Shown here: one piece after another, positions 28,993 through 39,249 of the stretch | Layout of the letters: the number at the start of each line of letters is the position of its first letter | Numbering within the stretch: the stretch's first letter is position 1 | Source of the DNA: a virus | Lineage: Duplodnaviria > Caudoviricetes | Length of the DNA stretch: 64,000 nucleotides | Direction: 5' to 3' (one strand) | Virus record (IMG/VR): IMGVR_UViG_3300042539_001740 | Program-made: the position numbers and the translations under genes | Notes under the pieces: generated by a model | Told to the model about the DNA's origin: nothing | Seen by the model: the letters and a program-made list of their open reading frames with translations, nothing else | Database searches by the model: none

Positions 28993-29709
28993 ATGAAAAC
29001 TGACTTAAGAATTTTAGAAGAACTAAAGAGATATAATCAAATTAATAAATACATAAACGAACAAGAACTACCACCAGCACCAGGGGGAGAAGTTCCACCA
29101 GTACCTGGAGGGGAAATACCACCAGCACCAGGGGGAGAAGTTCCACCAGCAGGTGATGTTCCAGCTCCAGCTCCTGATACTGCAGCAGGAGCACCTGCAC
29201 CACCAACAGCACCACTACCTGAACCAATTGACACAGAGTCCGACCCTGATGTTGAAAAATTAGGAGACGAAAAGAAAAAAGGTGATAAGGAAGAAATTGA
29301 AGTCACTGATTTAGTTAAAGGACAAAAATCTGTTGAAGAAAAACAAGATGAATATTTCGAAAGTTTATTCAACCATCTCAATGATTTGGAATCCAAATTA
29401 AATGCTATGGATGGTATATTAGATAGATTAAATTCTATTGAAACTAAAATTGAAAAATACAGAGTTAAAACACCTGAAGAAAAATTAGAACTTAGAACTT
29501 TAGATTCAGGTCCTTTTAACCAAAAATTAAGTAAGTTTTTTGAAGACAAGGAGGAGGAAATGGAAGCGAGTGGAAAAAATGAATATGTTTTAACCACAGA
29601 CGAAGTTGAAAGTTATTCACCTAATGAAATTAAAAGAAGTTTCAGAGATTTTGGTGATACTGAGATGACTCCTGAAAATGACGTAAGTAAATTCAAAAAA
29701 ATATATTAG
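28993..29709 (+). CDS. Acidic protein with a Pro/Gly/Ala-rich linker and coiled coil (possible head/scaffold-associated protein)
   Basis: N-terminal ILEELKRYNQINKYINEQ, PPAPGGEV repeats, heptad region LNDLESKLNAMDGILDRLNSIETKI. Confidence 0.6.
   Translation: MKTDLRILEELKRYNQINKYINEQELPPAPGGEVPPVPGGEIPPAPGGEVPPAGDVPAPAPDTAAGAPAPPTAPLPEPIDTESDPDVEKLGDEKKKGDKEEIEVTDLVKGQKSVEEKQDEYFESLFNHLNDLESKLNAMDGILDRLNSIETKIEKYRVKTPEEKLELRTLDSGPFNQKLSKFFEDKEEEMEASGKNEYVLTTDEVESYSPNEIKRSFRDFGDTEMTPENDVSKFKKIY
29071..29151 (+). repeat. In-frame 24-bp tandem repeat (3 units plus a partial), encoding PP(A/V)PGGE(V/I)
   Basis: Units 1 and 3 (CCACCAGCACCAGGGGGAGAAGTT) are identical; unit 2 has diverged. Confidence 0.9.
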
Positions 29710-29717
29710 AACTTAAT

Positions 29718-29756
29718 TTGACAAACCCACGGCTGACACTTACTATTGTGTATAAT
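29718..29756 (+). promoter_or_regulatory. Sigma70-like early/middle promoter upstream of the SSB gene
   Basis: TTGACA (29718-23), 17-nt spacer, TACTAT (29741-46). A further TATAAT lies at 29751-56. Confidence 0.55.
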
Positions 29757-29785
29757 ATTTCTTAACAAAAAACTTTTTAAACATT

Positions 29786-30637
29786 ATGGCGACAAATCCA
29801 TTAGATGCTATTTTAGCTCAGTACGAACAATCACAAAAATCAGGTAGTAATACCAACAAAATGTCTCAAGATGAGAGAATGAAGAAATACTTCGCAGCTC
29901 TTCTTAAGGACAATGAAAAACAAGGACAAAAAAGATTAAGAATCCTTCCAACTACAGATGGAAGTTCACCTTTCAAAGAGGTGTGGTTTCACGAAATCCA
30001 AGTAGATGGTAAATGGCAAAAGTTCTATGACCCAGGTAAAAATGATAATGAGCGTTCTCCACTTACAGAAGTATATGAAGAACTTATGTCAACTGGTAGA
30101 GATGCCGACAAAGAACTTGCAAAACAATACAAACCTCGTAAATTTTACATTGTTAAACTTATCGACAGAGATAATGAAAACGATGGAGTTAAGTTTTGGA
30201 GATTCAAACACAACTACAAAAACGAAGGTATCTTAGATAAACTTATTCCTATCTTTAGAGCAAAAGGTGATGTAACCGATTCTCAAAAAGGTAGAGATAT
30301 TATCTTAGAGATGACCAAAGCAAAAACCCCAAAGGGTGCAACATATACAGTTATTCAAACTATTATGTATGATGACCCAGCTCCACTCCACGAAAACAAA
30401 GAAACAGCTGAAGGTTGGTTGAATGATGAACTATCTTGGGCTGATGTTTACTCTAAAAAACCAGTAGAATACTTGGAAGCTATTGCCAAAGGTGAAACAC
30501 CAAGATGGGATAGTGAAAAGGGTGGTTATGTTTATAGTAACTCAGATTCAGGTGAAGTTGTATTAGGTGGTAAATCCACACCAACTTATTTGGACGATTC
30601 TGATGATTTCGAACCAAGTGGTGACCTTCCGTTCTAA
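29786..30637 (+). CDS. Single-stranded DNA-binding protein (T4 gp32-like) with acidic C-terminal tail
   Basis: LRILP..DGSSPFKEVWFH, RKFYIVKLIDRD..DGVKFWRF, GRDIIL. Ends DDSDDFEPSGDLPF. Confidence 0.8.
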   Translation: MATNPLDAILAQYEQSQKSGSNTNKMSQDERMKKYFAALLKDNEKQGQKRLRILPTTDGSSPFKEVWFHEIQVDGKWQKFYDPGKNDNERSPLTEVYEELMSTGRDADKELAKQYKPRKFYIVKLIDRDNENDGVKFWRFKHNYKNEGILDKLIPIFRAKGDVTDSQKGRDIILEMTKAKTPKGATYTVIQTIMYDDPAPLHENKETAEGWLNDELSWADVYSKKPVEYLEAIAKGETPRWDSEKGGYVYSNSDSGEVVLGGKSTPTYLDDSDDFEPSGDLPF

Positions 30638-30653
30638 AAATATTTTTTAACCC

Positions 30654-30684
30654 GAACCCCATTAACAAAGTGGGGTTCATTTTT
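30654..30684 (+). terminator. Probable terminator/attenuator after SSB
   Basis: GAACCCCA-TTAACAAAG-TGGGGTTC followed by ATTTTT. Confidence 0.65.
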
Positions 30685-30693
30685 AAATCCTAA

Positions 30694-30921
30694 ATGAAAA
30701 TTCAAATTAAAATGATTGATGCTCTTGCTCTTAAATACGAGAGTGAGATAGCAGAGGCTGAGGCCACTTTATTGGTTTATTTCTCTAACTCAGTTGGTAT
30801 TGGTGAACATCCACAACATTTAGAAGAAATGGACAAGTATGTTGAGAAAATGGCTAATGCTAAAGACAAGTTGGAAACACTAAAAGAATTTGTAAAATAT
30901 AATTTAAACGATGGCAATTAA
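30694..30921 (+). CDS. Hypothetical protein (75 aa, helical)
   Basis: ORF coupled to recA by an 11-nt overlap. The start could be 30712. Confidence 0.7.
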   Translation: MKIQIKMIDALALKYESEIAEAEATLLVYFSNSVGIGEHPQHLEEMDKYVEKMANAKDKLETLKEFVKYNLNDGN

Positions 30922-31915
30922 GAAAACGGATTTCAGTAGTATTAAAAAGAAGTTCTCCACCTCAGCAAAGTACAAACAACAAAGATACTTTGACTTGGGT
31001 ACTGAGTTCTTGGATGCTGTTGGATTACCAGGTCCTGCTGTAGGTCACCTAAATATGTTTTTAGGTCACTCTGATACTGGTAAAACAACTGCTTTAGTAA
31101 AAACTGCAGTAGATGCTCAAAGAAAGGGTATTCTACCTGTGTTCATAATCACAGAACAAAAATGGAGTTTTGAGCACGCAAAATTGATGGGACTACAATG
31201 TGAAGAAGTTGTGGACGAAGAAACGGGTGAAGTTGATTGGGATGGTTTTTATATCTTCAACAATAACTTCGAATACATTGAACAAATCACAGATTATATC
31301 AACGACTTACTTGATGCACAAGAAAAAGGTGACCTTGAATATAGTTTATGTTTTATGTGGGACTCAGTTGGGTCAATTCCTTGTAAAATGACATTTGAAG
31401 GTAAAGGTGGTAAACAACATAACGCCTCAGTTCTTGCCGATAAAATTGGTATGGGTATCAACCAAAGAATCTCAGGTTCTAGAAAAGCGGATTCAAAGTT
31501 TGAAAATACTTTGATTATCGTTAACCAACCTTGGGTTGAATTACCTGATAACCCATTTGGACAACCAAAGATTAAAGCTAAAGGTGGTGAAGCAATATGG
31601 TTGAACTCTTCTTTGGTATTTTTGTTTGGTAATCAAAAAGGTGCTGGAACAACCAAGATTACGGCAACTAAAGATAAGAGAAGTGTTAAGTTCGCTTCAA
31701 GAACAAAAGTATCTGTATTAAAGAACCACATTAATGGTTTGGGATATGATGATGGTAAGATAATTGTAACTCCCCACGGATTCTTATCAGGTAAAGATAC
31801 AACAGAAGAAAAAGTTTCTATTGAAAAATATAAGAAAGAATACGCAGATTATTGGAAAGATTTATTAGGTTTGGAGGGAGATTTTGATTTGAAAGAAGAA
31901 AAAGAATATGAATAA
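30911..31915 (+). CDS. recA: RecA/UvsX-like recombinase
   Basis: Walker A GHSDTGKTT, Walker B FMWDSVGS, IIVNQ and KAKGGEAI motifs. Confidence 0.85.
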   Translation: MAIKKTDFSSIKKKFSTSAKYKQQRYFDLGTEFLDAVGLPGPAVGHLNMFLGHSDTGKTTALVKTAVDAQRKGILPVFIITEQKWSFEHAKLMGLQCEEVVDEETGEVDWDGFYIFNNNFEYIEQITDYINDLLDAQEKGDLEYSLCFMWDSVGSIPCKMTFEGKGGKQHNASVLADKIGMGINQRISGSRKADSKFENTLIIVNQPWVELPDNPFGQPKIKAKGGEAIWLNSSLVFLFGNQKGAGTTKITATKDKRSVKFASRTKVSVLKNHINGLGYDDGKIIVTPHGFLSGKDTTEEKVSIEKYKKEYADYWKDLLGLEGDFDLKEEKEYE

Positions 31916-32915
31916 ACTAAAAGTAATATCACTATTTTCTGGTTATGGTACACAAGAGTTGGCACTGAAATACATTGGTGCTAACTATGAAGATGTTGCA
32001 AATTGTGACATCCTTAAAGTTGCGAACATAGCTTATGATTCATTACACGAGACAACATTGGGTAACTTGGGGGACATATCAAAGGTAAACGAAGATAGTT
32101 TCCCCCAATGTGACCTGATGACCTATTCTTTCCCTTGTCAAGATATATCAATATCAGGGGTACAAAAGGGTATTCAAAAAGGTACAAGAAGTGGTTTGTT
32201 ATATGAAGTTGAAAGGATTTTGACAAAGAACCAACCGAAGTATCTTTTGATGGAGAATGTTAAAAACTTGGTATCACATAATCACATTGAGAACTTCAAA
32301 GCTCATATTTCATTCTTAAATGAATTGGGTTATGGTTGTTCTTGGAAGGTATTGAATGGCGCCGACTTTGGTTGTCCACAGAATAGAGAGAGGGTGTTTA
32401 TGATGTCCGTATTTGGTTTGACAAATAATGAAGTTGAAACAATTATGAGTGGTGTTGAGAAACATAAGAAAGATAGAGTTCCTATGAGACCATTCATCGA
32501 AAATGAGATTACAGAGGACTTATTTATCACTTGTGACATTACACCTAACCATCCCAAAAAAGATAGTGTGTGCAAACTTGTGGCAAGGAGAAACGATGTT
32601 AACTACGACCAAGCAAGACGAGTTTATTCGATTGATGGTTGTTCCCCTTGTTTAACAACAACTGGTTCACCACAGATTATGGTTGATGGAAGAATAAGAA
32701 CTATCACAGGAAGAGAGGCTTACAGATTTATGGGTGTTAGAGAAGAAGATATTGATAAACTATTATCAACAAGTTTAACAACTAATAATCATATTGCGTT
32801 GGCGGGTAACTCCATTTGTGTACCAGTAATGGAAGCTATCTTTACCGAGTTCTTGGGTGAGTATATCACTCAAACGAAAGAAACAAAATCGTTCACACAA
32901 TTAAGTTTATTTTAA
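31908..32915 (+). CDS. dcm: DNA (cytosine-5)-methyltransferase
   Basis: Motif I LFSGYG, motif IV FPCQD, motif VI MENV, motif VIII PQNRERVF, motifs IX/X R.IT.REAYRFMG and AGNSI.VPV. Confidence 0.92.
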   Translation: MNKLKVISLFSGYGTQELALKYIGANYEDVANCDILKVANIAYDSLHETTLGNLGDISKVNEDSFPQCDLMTYSFPCQDISISGVQKGIQKGTRSGLLYEVERILTKNQPKYLLMENVKNLVSHNHIENFKAHISFLNELGYGCSWKVLNGADFGCPQNRERVFMMSVFGLTNNEVETIMSGVEKHKKDRVPMRPFIENEITEDLFITCDITPNHPKKDSVCKLVARRNDVNYDQARRVYSIDGCSPCLTTTGSPQIMVDGRIRTITGREAYRFMGVREEDIDKLLSTSLTTNNHIALAGNSICVPVMEAIFTEFLGEYITQTKETKSFTQLSLF

Positions 32916-33923
32916 ATGACAAAAACACTTGTTATTGATGCGAACAACTTGATGAAGATAGGCTTCCATGGCGTGAAAGATTATTATCATAATGGAAATC
33001 ACATTGGGGGTATATGGCATTTTCTCAATACAACTAGAAGATTTATTGAAGAATATAATTTTGATAAAGTAATGGTTTTTTGGGATAACGAAGGTAATGC
33101 TAATAAACGAAAGTTAATTTACCCCCAGTACAAAGAAAATAGAATCCAAGAACAAAATGAGTTTAAGGTTCAATCATTTACCTTTCAAAAAGAGAGGGTA
33201 AAACAATACTTGGAGGAGATGTTCATTCGTCAAGTGAACATAGAAAATAACGAAGCTGATGACTTGATTGCATATTATTGTCAGATAGCAACTGACGAGA
33301 AGATTACCATTTTTTCATCAGATAAAGATTTAACCCAACTTATATCCAAGAATGTTTCCATTTATTCACCATCAGCCAAACAATTGTATAATTTTGGTGA
33401 TAAAATTAAACTCAAGGAACACGAGATTCCTCACAACAATATTTTGGTTTATAAAATATTAGCGGGAGATAAATCCGACAATATTGATGGAATATATTAT
33501 TTGGGTGATAAAACTTTATTCAAATTATTTCCTGAACTACTTGAACAAGACGTAACTATTAACGATATTTTATCCAAGGCAGAAAATCTCCTTAAAGAAG
33601 ACAAAGAAAATAACACTCTTAAAAATCTTTTGACAGGTAAGACAAGAACTGGAATTTATGGTGAAGAATTTTTTGAAATTAACCAAAAGATTGTAGATTT
33701 GTCAAACCCATTGATTGATGATGAAGGGAGAGAAGTGGTTGAACTTTATTATAAAGAAACACTTGACCCTGATGGAAGAGGACATCGAAATCTAATTAAA
33801 ATGATGATGGAAGATGGATTTTTTAAGTTCTTACCGAAAGGAGATGACGCTTGGGTTAATTTCTTAAAACCCTTTTTAAAACTTACAAGAAAAGAAAAAC
33901 ACAATTTTAAAACAAAAAAGTAA
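32916..33923 (+). CDS. 5'-3' exonuclease / flap endonuclease (PolI N-terminal domain / T4 RNase H-like)
   Basis: LVIDANN, YPQYKENR, EADDLIA, SSDKDLTQL, GDKSDNIDGI..LGDKT. Confidence 0.9.
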   Translation: MTKTLVIDANNLMKIGFHGVKDYYHNGNHIGGIWHFLNTTRRFIEEYNFDKVMVFWDNEGNANKRKLIYPQYKENRIQEQNEFKVQSFTFQKERVKQYLEEMFIRQVNIENNEADDLIAYYCQIATDEKITIFSSDKDLTQLISKNVSIYSPSAKQLYNFGDKIKLKEHEIPHNNILVYKILAGDKSDNIDGIYYLGDKTLFKLFPELLEQDVTINDILSKAENLLKEDKENNTLKNLLTGKTRTGIYGEEFFEINQKIVDLSNPLIDDEGREVVELYYKETLDPDGRGHRNLIKMMMEDGFFKFLPKGDDAWVNFLKPFLKLTRKEKHNFKTKK

Positions 33924-33929
33924 AACACA

Positions 33930-34382
33930 ATGAGAGAGCAAGACATTACCAAATTGGAGTTCTTAATGATGGTTAACGACAACATCATAGTTCAAAGATA
34001 CTTCAATGTTAGAGATTACAATCCTGATGCAAGAAATTCAGTTGATTTCAAAGAGTATATGGATGATTTAATCCATAACTTGAATTATCAACTTAAGATG
34101 AAAGCTGTGAGTTATTTGTTGGAGAATCAATATGATATCACAAACAAACCTGACATCCTTAATACCTCCTATGTAGATGGCCCTGAGTACTTTAACATTT
34201 ATTTAAAACAAGGGGACAAGTTACTTTGTCATAGAAGATTTGACGCTAAAATCTACCCTCCAAAGATTAGATACACAGTTGACATCAGACAAACAATCAA
34301 AGGAATTTTATCAGAATTAACTAGTTTATTTTCAGCAAGAGACCTTTCTTTTGATTATCTTGGACTTAATACAAGAGTGTAA
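33930..34382 (+). CDS. Hypothetical protein (150 aa)
   Basis: ORF within the replication operon; no motif recognised. Confidence 0.75.
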   Translation: MREQDITKLEFLMMVNDNIIVQRYFNVRDYNPDARNSVDFKEYMDDLIHNLNYQLKMKAVSYLLENQYDITNKPDILNTSYVDGPEYFNIYLKQGDKLLCHRRFDAKIYPPKIRYTVDIRQTIKGILSELTSLFSARDLSFDYLGLNTRV

Positions 34383-34389
34383 TATTTAT
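34383..34389 (+). promoter_or_regulatory. TATTTAT box upstream of the helicase
   Basis: TATTTAT at 34383-34389, 20 nt before ATG 34410. Confidence 0.4.
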
Positions 34390-34409
34390 TCATACAACAA
34401 ATTTAAACT

Positions 34410-35789
34410 ATGTCATCTAACAAAAATTTTGATTATTTAGGGAGCTCATTTCAGATACAACTACTTAATCAAATTGTGGTAGATAGTACCTTTTCAAGGT
34501 CAATAATTGATGTAATAGAACCTAATTATTTCGAAAACAAATACTTCAAACTCATCATACAGATGATTAAAGAGTATAATCAAAAGTGGGACTCAGTGCC
34601 CACTTTTGACACATTGGAACAAATCACAAAATCTGAGTTTCAACAAGAACAAATTGCTAAAGTAGTAATTGACACACTTAAGAAAATTAAGGATGCACCT
34701 ATCTCTGGTGGGGATTTCGTTCAAGAGAAAGCGTTAAAGTTCTGTAAACAACAAGAGTTACAAAAGGCTATCACAAAAGCACAAAAAGTAATTGATGGGG
34801 GTGAGTTCGAAAACTACGATACCCTTGAGGAAATGATTAGAGATGCCCTACAAGTGGGTATCAATGAAAACGGAATGTTGAGTGTATTCTCAAACTTGGA
34901 TGATGTACTAAACGAAGATTTTAGACACCCAATTCCTATGGGTATTGGTGGTATCGATAGATTATTAAAAGGTGGTTTAGCTAAGGGTGAGATTGGTGTT
35001 GTGTTAGCACCAACAGGTGTGGGTAAATCAACATTCTTGACCAAGATTGCCAACCACGGATTTAACTTGGGTTATAATATTCTTCAAATATTTTTTGAAG
35101 ATAATCCCAAGGTTATTCAAAGAAAACATTTTACATTGTGGACTAAAATCCATCCAGATGATATGTCTAATAAGAAGGAAGAAGTAATGACAAGAGTTAA
35201 GGAGATTGAACAAAAAATGGAAAATCAACTTATCTTGGAAAAACTTCCCTCTGATACAATGACAATGACACAAATCAAAAATCTTGTAAGAAAAAAGATT
35301 GCTGATGGATGTAAAATTGATATGATTTTATTAGATTACATCGATTGTGTTGTACCTGAGAAAAACTTGGGTGATGAATGGAAATCGGAGGGTTCAGTTA
35401 TGAGAGCATTTGAAGCAATGTGTCACGAATTGAACTTGGTAGGATGGACAGCAACACAAGGTAATAGAAGTTCTATTTCTGCTGAAGTTGTAACAACAGA
35501 CCAAATGGGTGGTTCTATTAAGAAAGCTCAGGTGGGTCATGTGATTATATCAGTGGCAAAAACATTACAACAAAAAGAAATGAAGTTAGCAACAATTGCG
35601 ATTACAAAATCAAGAATTGGTGATGATGGTATTATCTTTGAAAATTGTAAGTTTGATAATGGGATGTTGGACATCGATACAGAATCTTCGGTAACATTCT
35701 TGGGACACGAAGAACAAAAAGAAGAAAACAATAGACAAAGAATTAAAGATTTATTAGAAAAAAGAAAACAAAGAGAAAACACAAATTAA
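34410..35789 (+). CDS. dnaB: Replicative DNA helicase (DnaB / T4 gp41-like)
   Basis: [40 protein letters not shown]. Confidence 0.88.
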   Translation: MSSNKNFDYLGSSFQIQLLNQIVVDSTFSRSIIDVIEPNYFENKYFKLIIQMIKEYNQKWDSVPTFDTLEQITKSEFQQEQIAKVVIDTLKKIKDAPISGGDFVQEKALKFCKQQELQKAITKAQKVIDGGEFENYDTLEEMIRDALQVGINENGMLSVFSNLDDVLNEDFRHPIPMGIGGIDRLLKGGLAKGEIGVVLAPTGVGKSTFLTKIANHGFNLGYNILQIFFEDNPKVIQRKHFTLWTKIHPDDMSNKKEEVMTRVKEIEQKMENQLILEKLPSDTMTMTQIKNLVRKKIADGCKIDMILLDYIDCVVPEKNLGDEWKSEGSVMRAFEAMCHELNLVGWTATQGNRSSISAEVVTTDQMGGSIKKAQVGHVIISVAKTLQQKEMKLATIAITKSRIGDDGIIFENCKFDNGMLDIDTESSVTFLGHEEQKEENNRQRIKDLLEKRKQRENTN

Positions 35790-35791
35790 TT

Positions 35792-36742
35792 ATGACAGAA
35801 AAAATATTAACAGAAAATCCCAATCGTTTTGTGATTTTCCCAATCCAATACCACGACATTTGGGAATACTACAAACAACATCAGGCTGCGTTTTGGACAG
35901 CTGAAGAAGTTGATTTAAGTGGAGACATTAGGGATTGGCAGAACTTATCAGAGAATGAACAATACTTTGTTAAAAATGTATTATCATTCTTTGCAGCATC
36001 TGATGGGATTGTCAATGAGAACTTGGCTGAAAACTTTTATAGAGAAGTGCAATATCCTGAAGCAAAATTTTTCTATGGATTTCAATTGATGATGGAAAAT
36101 ATCCATTCACTAATGTATTCTTTGTTAATTGATACTTATATATCCAATCCTGAAGAAAAAGATGAATGTTTCAATGCAATCGATAGATTACCCGCAGTTC
36201 AGAAGAAAGCCAAGTGGGCATTAAATTGGATTGAAAAAGCATCCTTCCAAGAAAGATTGGTAGCTTTTGCTGCGGTAGAAGGTATATTCTTTTCAGGTTC
36301 ATTCTGTTCTATCTTTTGGTTGAAATCAAGAGGAATTATGCAAGGACTTTGTAATGCTAACTCCTTGATTTTCAAAGATGAAAACCTACATTGTGATTTC
36401 GCAATTCACTTATTGAACAACCATATTGAAAACAAACCAAGTGAAAAAAGAATAAAAGAAATATTACTTTCAGCATTGGAAATTGAAAAAGAGTTTATTA
36501 CAGAATCACTACCAGTATCTTTAATCGGTATGAACTCCAATCTTATGAAACAATATTTGGAGTTTGTTGTTGATGGTTTACTGGTTAAGTTGGGATGTAG
36601 TAAACATTTCAATGTAGAACAACCATTCAAGTTTATGGAACAAATTGCCGTTGAAACAAAAGGTAACTTCTTTGAATCAAGAACGGTTGAGTATCAAAAA
36701 GCAAAACTTAACGAAACAATTTCATTCACAGACGATTTTTAA
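35792..36742 (+). CDS. nrdB: Ribonucleotide reductase class Ia beta subunit
   Basis: [29 protein letters not shown] (radical Tyr), [21 protein letters not shown]. Confidence 0.95.
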   Translation: MTEKILTENPNRFVIFPIQYHDIWEYYKQHQAAFWTAEEVDLSGDIRDWQNLSENEQYFVKNVLSFFAASDGIVNENLAENFYREVQYPEAKFFYGFQLMMENIHSLMYSLLIDTYISNPEEKDECFNAIDRLPAVQKKAKWALNWIEKASFQERLVAFAAVEGIFFSGSFCSIFWLKSRGIMQGLCNANSLIFKDENLHCDFAIHLLNNHIENKPSEKRIKEILLSALEIEKEFITESLPVSLIGMNSNLMKQYLEFVVDGLLVKLGCSKHFNVEQPFKFMEQIAVETKGNFFESRTVEYQKAKLNETISFTDDF

Positions 36743-36751
36743 AATTAAACT

Positions 36752-39169
36752 ATGTCATTAAGAATTCAAAAAAGGGATGGGGATGTTGTATCCTTTAACC
36801 CCACCAAAATACAAAACAGAATAAAAAAAGCGAGTAAGAACTTAAATGTAAACTCTGACCAGATTTTTATTAAGGTTATTACTTCCGTACCAACAGAAGG
36901 TGTCATATCAACAAAACAACTTGATAAGTTGATTTATGAAATTGCTGCATCATATACAGGTAGCCACCACGATTATTCGAGGTTGGCATCTTCTGTTGCA
37001 ATATCTTCATATCACAAAGAAACAAATGAGAGTTTTAGTGAAACAATGAAGTCGTTGGCCGACCTTGGTATTGTAAATCAAGAGTTAATCAATATGATTG
37101 ATTCCTATGGTGATTTAAATATTGATGAAGTAATCAATCACGAAAACGATTATAACTTTGATTACTTTGCTTGGCGTTCCTTATTTGAAATGTATTTGTT
37201 AAAAACACCTGAAGGTGTAACTGTGGAAAGACCCCAACATATGTATATGAGGGTTGCACTATGGGTAACAAAATCATTTGATGAAGCTGTAGAATACTAC
37301 AAGTCATTATCAAATCAATTAATATCCCCTGCAACACCAATTATGATTAATGCGGGTACAAAGATTCCTCAATTGGCATCTTGTGTTCTACATTATAACA
37401 ATGATGACTCAAGAGAGGGATTGTTGGCCACGATGAATGACATTTCTACTTATTCTGCCGATGCTGCAGGTATTGGGCTTTGTATGTCAAATATTAGAAG
37501 TAAGGAGAGTAGATTAAGCACATCTGGTGGTTTTGCTGGAGGTTTGTTAAAATATCTTAAAATAGCAAATGAATCATTAAGATTCTTTAACCAACAAGGT
37601 AGAAGACCAGGTTCTGCCGCAATTTATCTTGAACCTTGGCATAAAGATATCTTTGACTTGTTGGACATTAAAAAGAATACAGGTGCAGAAGAACTAAGAG
37701 CAAGGGATTTGTTCACAGCTTTGTGGATTCCTGATAATTTTATGAGAGCCGTAAAAGAGGGTGGTGATTGGTATTTGTTCTGTCCTAATGATATTAAGAA
37801 AGCTGGTTTAAAACCATTACAAGAATGTTTTGGTACAGAATACGAAAGTGTTTATGAACAAGCGGTAAATCTAGGTTTAGGTAAAAAAGTAAAAGCAACA
37901 GATGTTTGGACTAAGGTAATTGAATCTCAAATTGAGACTGGTGTACCTTACCTTTGTTCTAAAGATAATGCTAACAACAAAACTAATCATCAGAACATTG
38001 GGGTTATTAAACAATCAAATCTTTGTAACGAGATTTACCAATTTACTGACGAGAAAACTACAGCAATATGTACACTATCTTCAATGGTATTGAAAAACTT
38101 TGTAAAAGATGGTGAGTTTGATTTTCAACTTCTTTATGAAGAAACAAGAAAGGTTGTAAGAGCTTTAAACAAAGTTGTTGATATTAATAACTACTCAACA
38201 GCAAAAGGTGAAAAAGGTGGTAGAGAACAAAGAGCTATTGCTATAGGAACTCAAGGTTTAGCTGATGTGTTTTATCTTATGGATTATGAGTTTACTTCAC
38301 CTGAAGCAAAAAAATTAAACAAAGAAATTTTTGAAACAATTTATTTTGCTGCAATCACCGAAAGTAATAGGTTGGTAATTGATGGTGATTATAGTAAATA
38401 TGTCCATTTTGATGGTTCACCAATGTCACAAGGTCAATTCCAATTTGATATGTGGGGATTAACAGAATCTGATTTATCAGGTAGATGGCCTTGGGAAGTA
38501 TTAAAGTCAAATGTTAAACAATATGGTATTTGTAATTCATTGTTTACTGCTCAAATGCCTGTAGCAAGTTCTGCTAAGATTACTGGTTCATATGAAATGA
38601 CAGAACCCGCTCACTCAGCAATCTTCAACAGACGAGTAGTTGGTGGTGAAATCATGATTGTAAATAAGTATCTTATTAATGACTTTGAGAAACTTGGTAT
38701 TTGGGGTGAAGATTTGAAAAATGAAATTATATACAATGAAGGCTCAATTCAAAATATTAATTTCAACAACTACTTAGACCCCGAAGACAAAAAGTATAAT
38801 CAAAAAGTTAAAAGAATTGAACACTTGATTAAGAAGTACAAAACGATTTGGGAAATATCACAAAGAGAATTAATTGATATGGCGGCAGATAGAGGACCTT
38901 TTATTGACCAATCACAATCAATGAATATCTATATGGGTAATCCTACTTTATCGAAGATTACTTCATCACATTTCCACGCATGGCAAAAAGGTTTAAAAAC
39001 ACTTTGTTATTATGTGAGAACAAAGGCAATATCAACAGGAGCAAAACATTTGGCTATGGATATATCCAAGATGGATAAACCAAAAGTAACACCAACCTTA
39101 CCTCATATTGAACCTGTTACAAACAAACCAACGGATTCACCTTTTGATTGTTTTGGATGTTCATCTTAA
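36752..39169 (+). CDS. nrdA: Ribonucleotide reductase class Ia alpha subunit with ATP-cone
   Basis: KRDG ATP-cone, ASCVL, SNLCNEI, AICTLSS, TLCYYVR, C-terminal CFGCSS. Confidence 0.96.
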   Translation: MSLRIQKRDGDVVSFNPTKIQNRIKKASKNLNVNSDQIFIKVITSVPTEGVISTKQLDKLIYEIAASYTGSHHDYSRLASSVAISSYHKETNESFSETMKSLADLGIVNQELINMIDSYGDLNIDEVINHENDYNFDYFAWRSLFEMYLLKTPEGVTVERPQHMYMRVALWVTKSFDEAVEYYKSLSNQLISPATPIMINAGTKIPQLASCVLHYNNDDSREGLLATMNDISTYSADAAGIGLCMSNIRSKESRLSTSGGFAGGLLKYLKIANESLRFFNQQGRRPGSAAIYLEPWHKDIFDLLDIKKNTGAEELRARDLFTALWIPDNFMRAVKEGGDWYLFCPNDIKKAGLKPLQECFGTEYESVYEQAVNLGLGKKVKATDVWTKVIESQIETGVPYLCSKDNANNKTNHQNIGVIKQSNLCNEIYQFTDEKTTAICTLSSMVLKNFVKDGEFDFQLLYEETRKVVRALNKVVDINNYSTAKGEKGGREQRAIAIGTQGLADVFYLMDYEFTSPEAKKLNKEIFETIYFAAITESNRLVIDGDYSKYVHFDGSPMSQGQFQFDMWGLTESDLSGRWPWEVLKSNVKQYGICNSLFTAQMPVASSAKITGSYEMTEPAHSAIFNRRVVGGEIMIVNKYLINDFEKLGIWGEDLKNEIIYNEGSIQNINFNNYLDPEDKKYNQKVKRIEHLIKKYKTIWEISQRELIDMAADRGPFIDQSQSMNIYMGNPTLSKITSSHFHAWQKGLKTLCYYVRTKAISTGAKHLAMDISKMDKPKVTPTLPHIEPVTNKPTDSPFDCFGCSS

Positions 39170-39176
39170 AAATAAG

Positions 39177-39208
39177 AATCACGACTTAAGGTCGTGATTT
39201 TTTGTTTT
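39177..39208 (+). terminator. Rho-independent terminator after nrdA
   Basis: AATCACGAC-TTAAG-GTCGTGATT followed by TTTTGTTTT. Confidence 0.85.
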
Positions 39209-39212
39209 ATGG

Positions 39213-39245
39213 TATTTATAGAAAAAATATAGGGTATATATTTAT
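39213..39245 (+). promoter_or_regulatory. Two TATTTAT boxes upstream of the gp25-like gene
   Basis: TATTTATA at 39213-20 and TATTTAT at 39239-45, the latter 4 nt before ATG 39250. Confidence 0.6.
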
Positions 39246-39249
39246 TGTT

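Noticed and set aside
29071-29151. 24-bp repeat as a possible CRISPR array
   Set aside because: The units are contiguous with no spacers and are in frame within a coding Pro-Gly linker.
30911-39169. Inteins or introns in recA, dnaB, nrdA or nrdB
   Set aside because: All are of normal length with contiguous motifs, and no intein-type junctions were seen.
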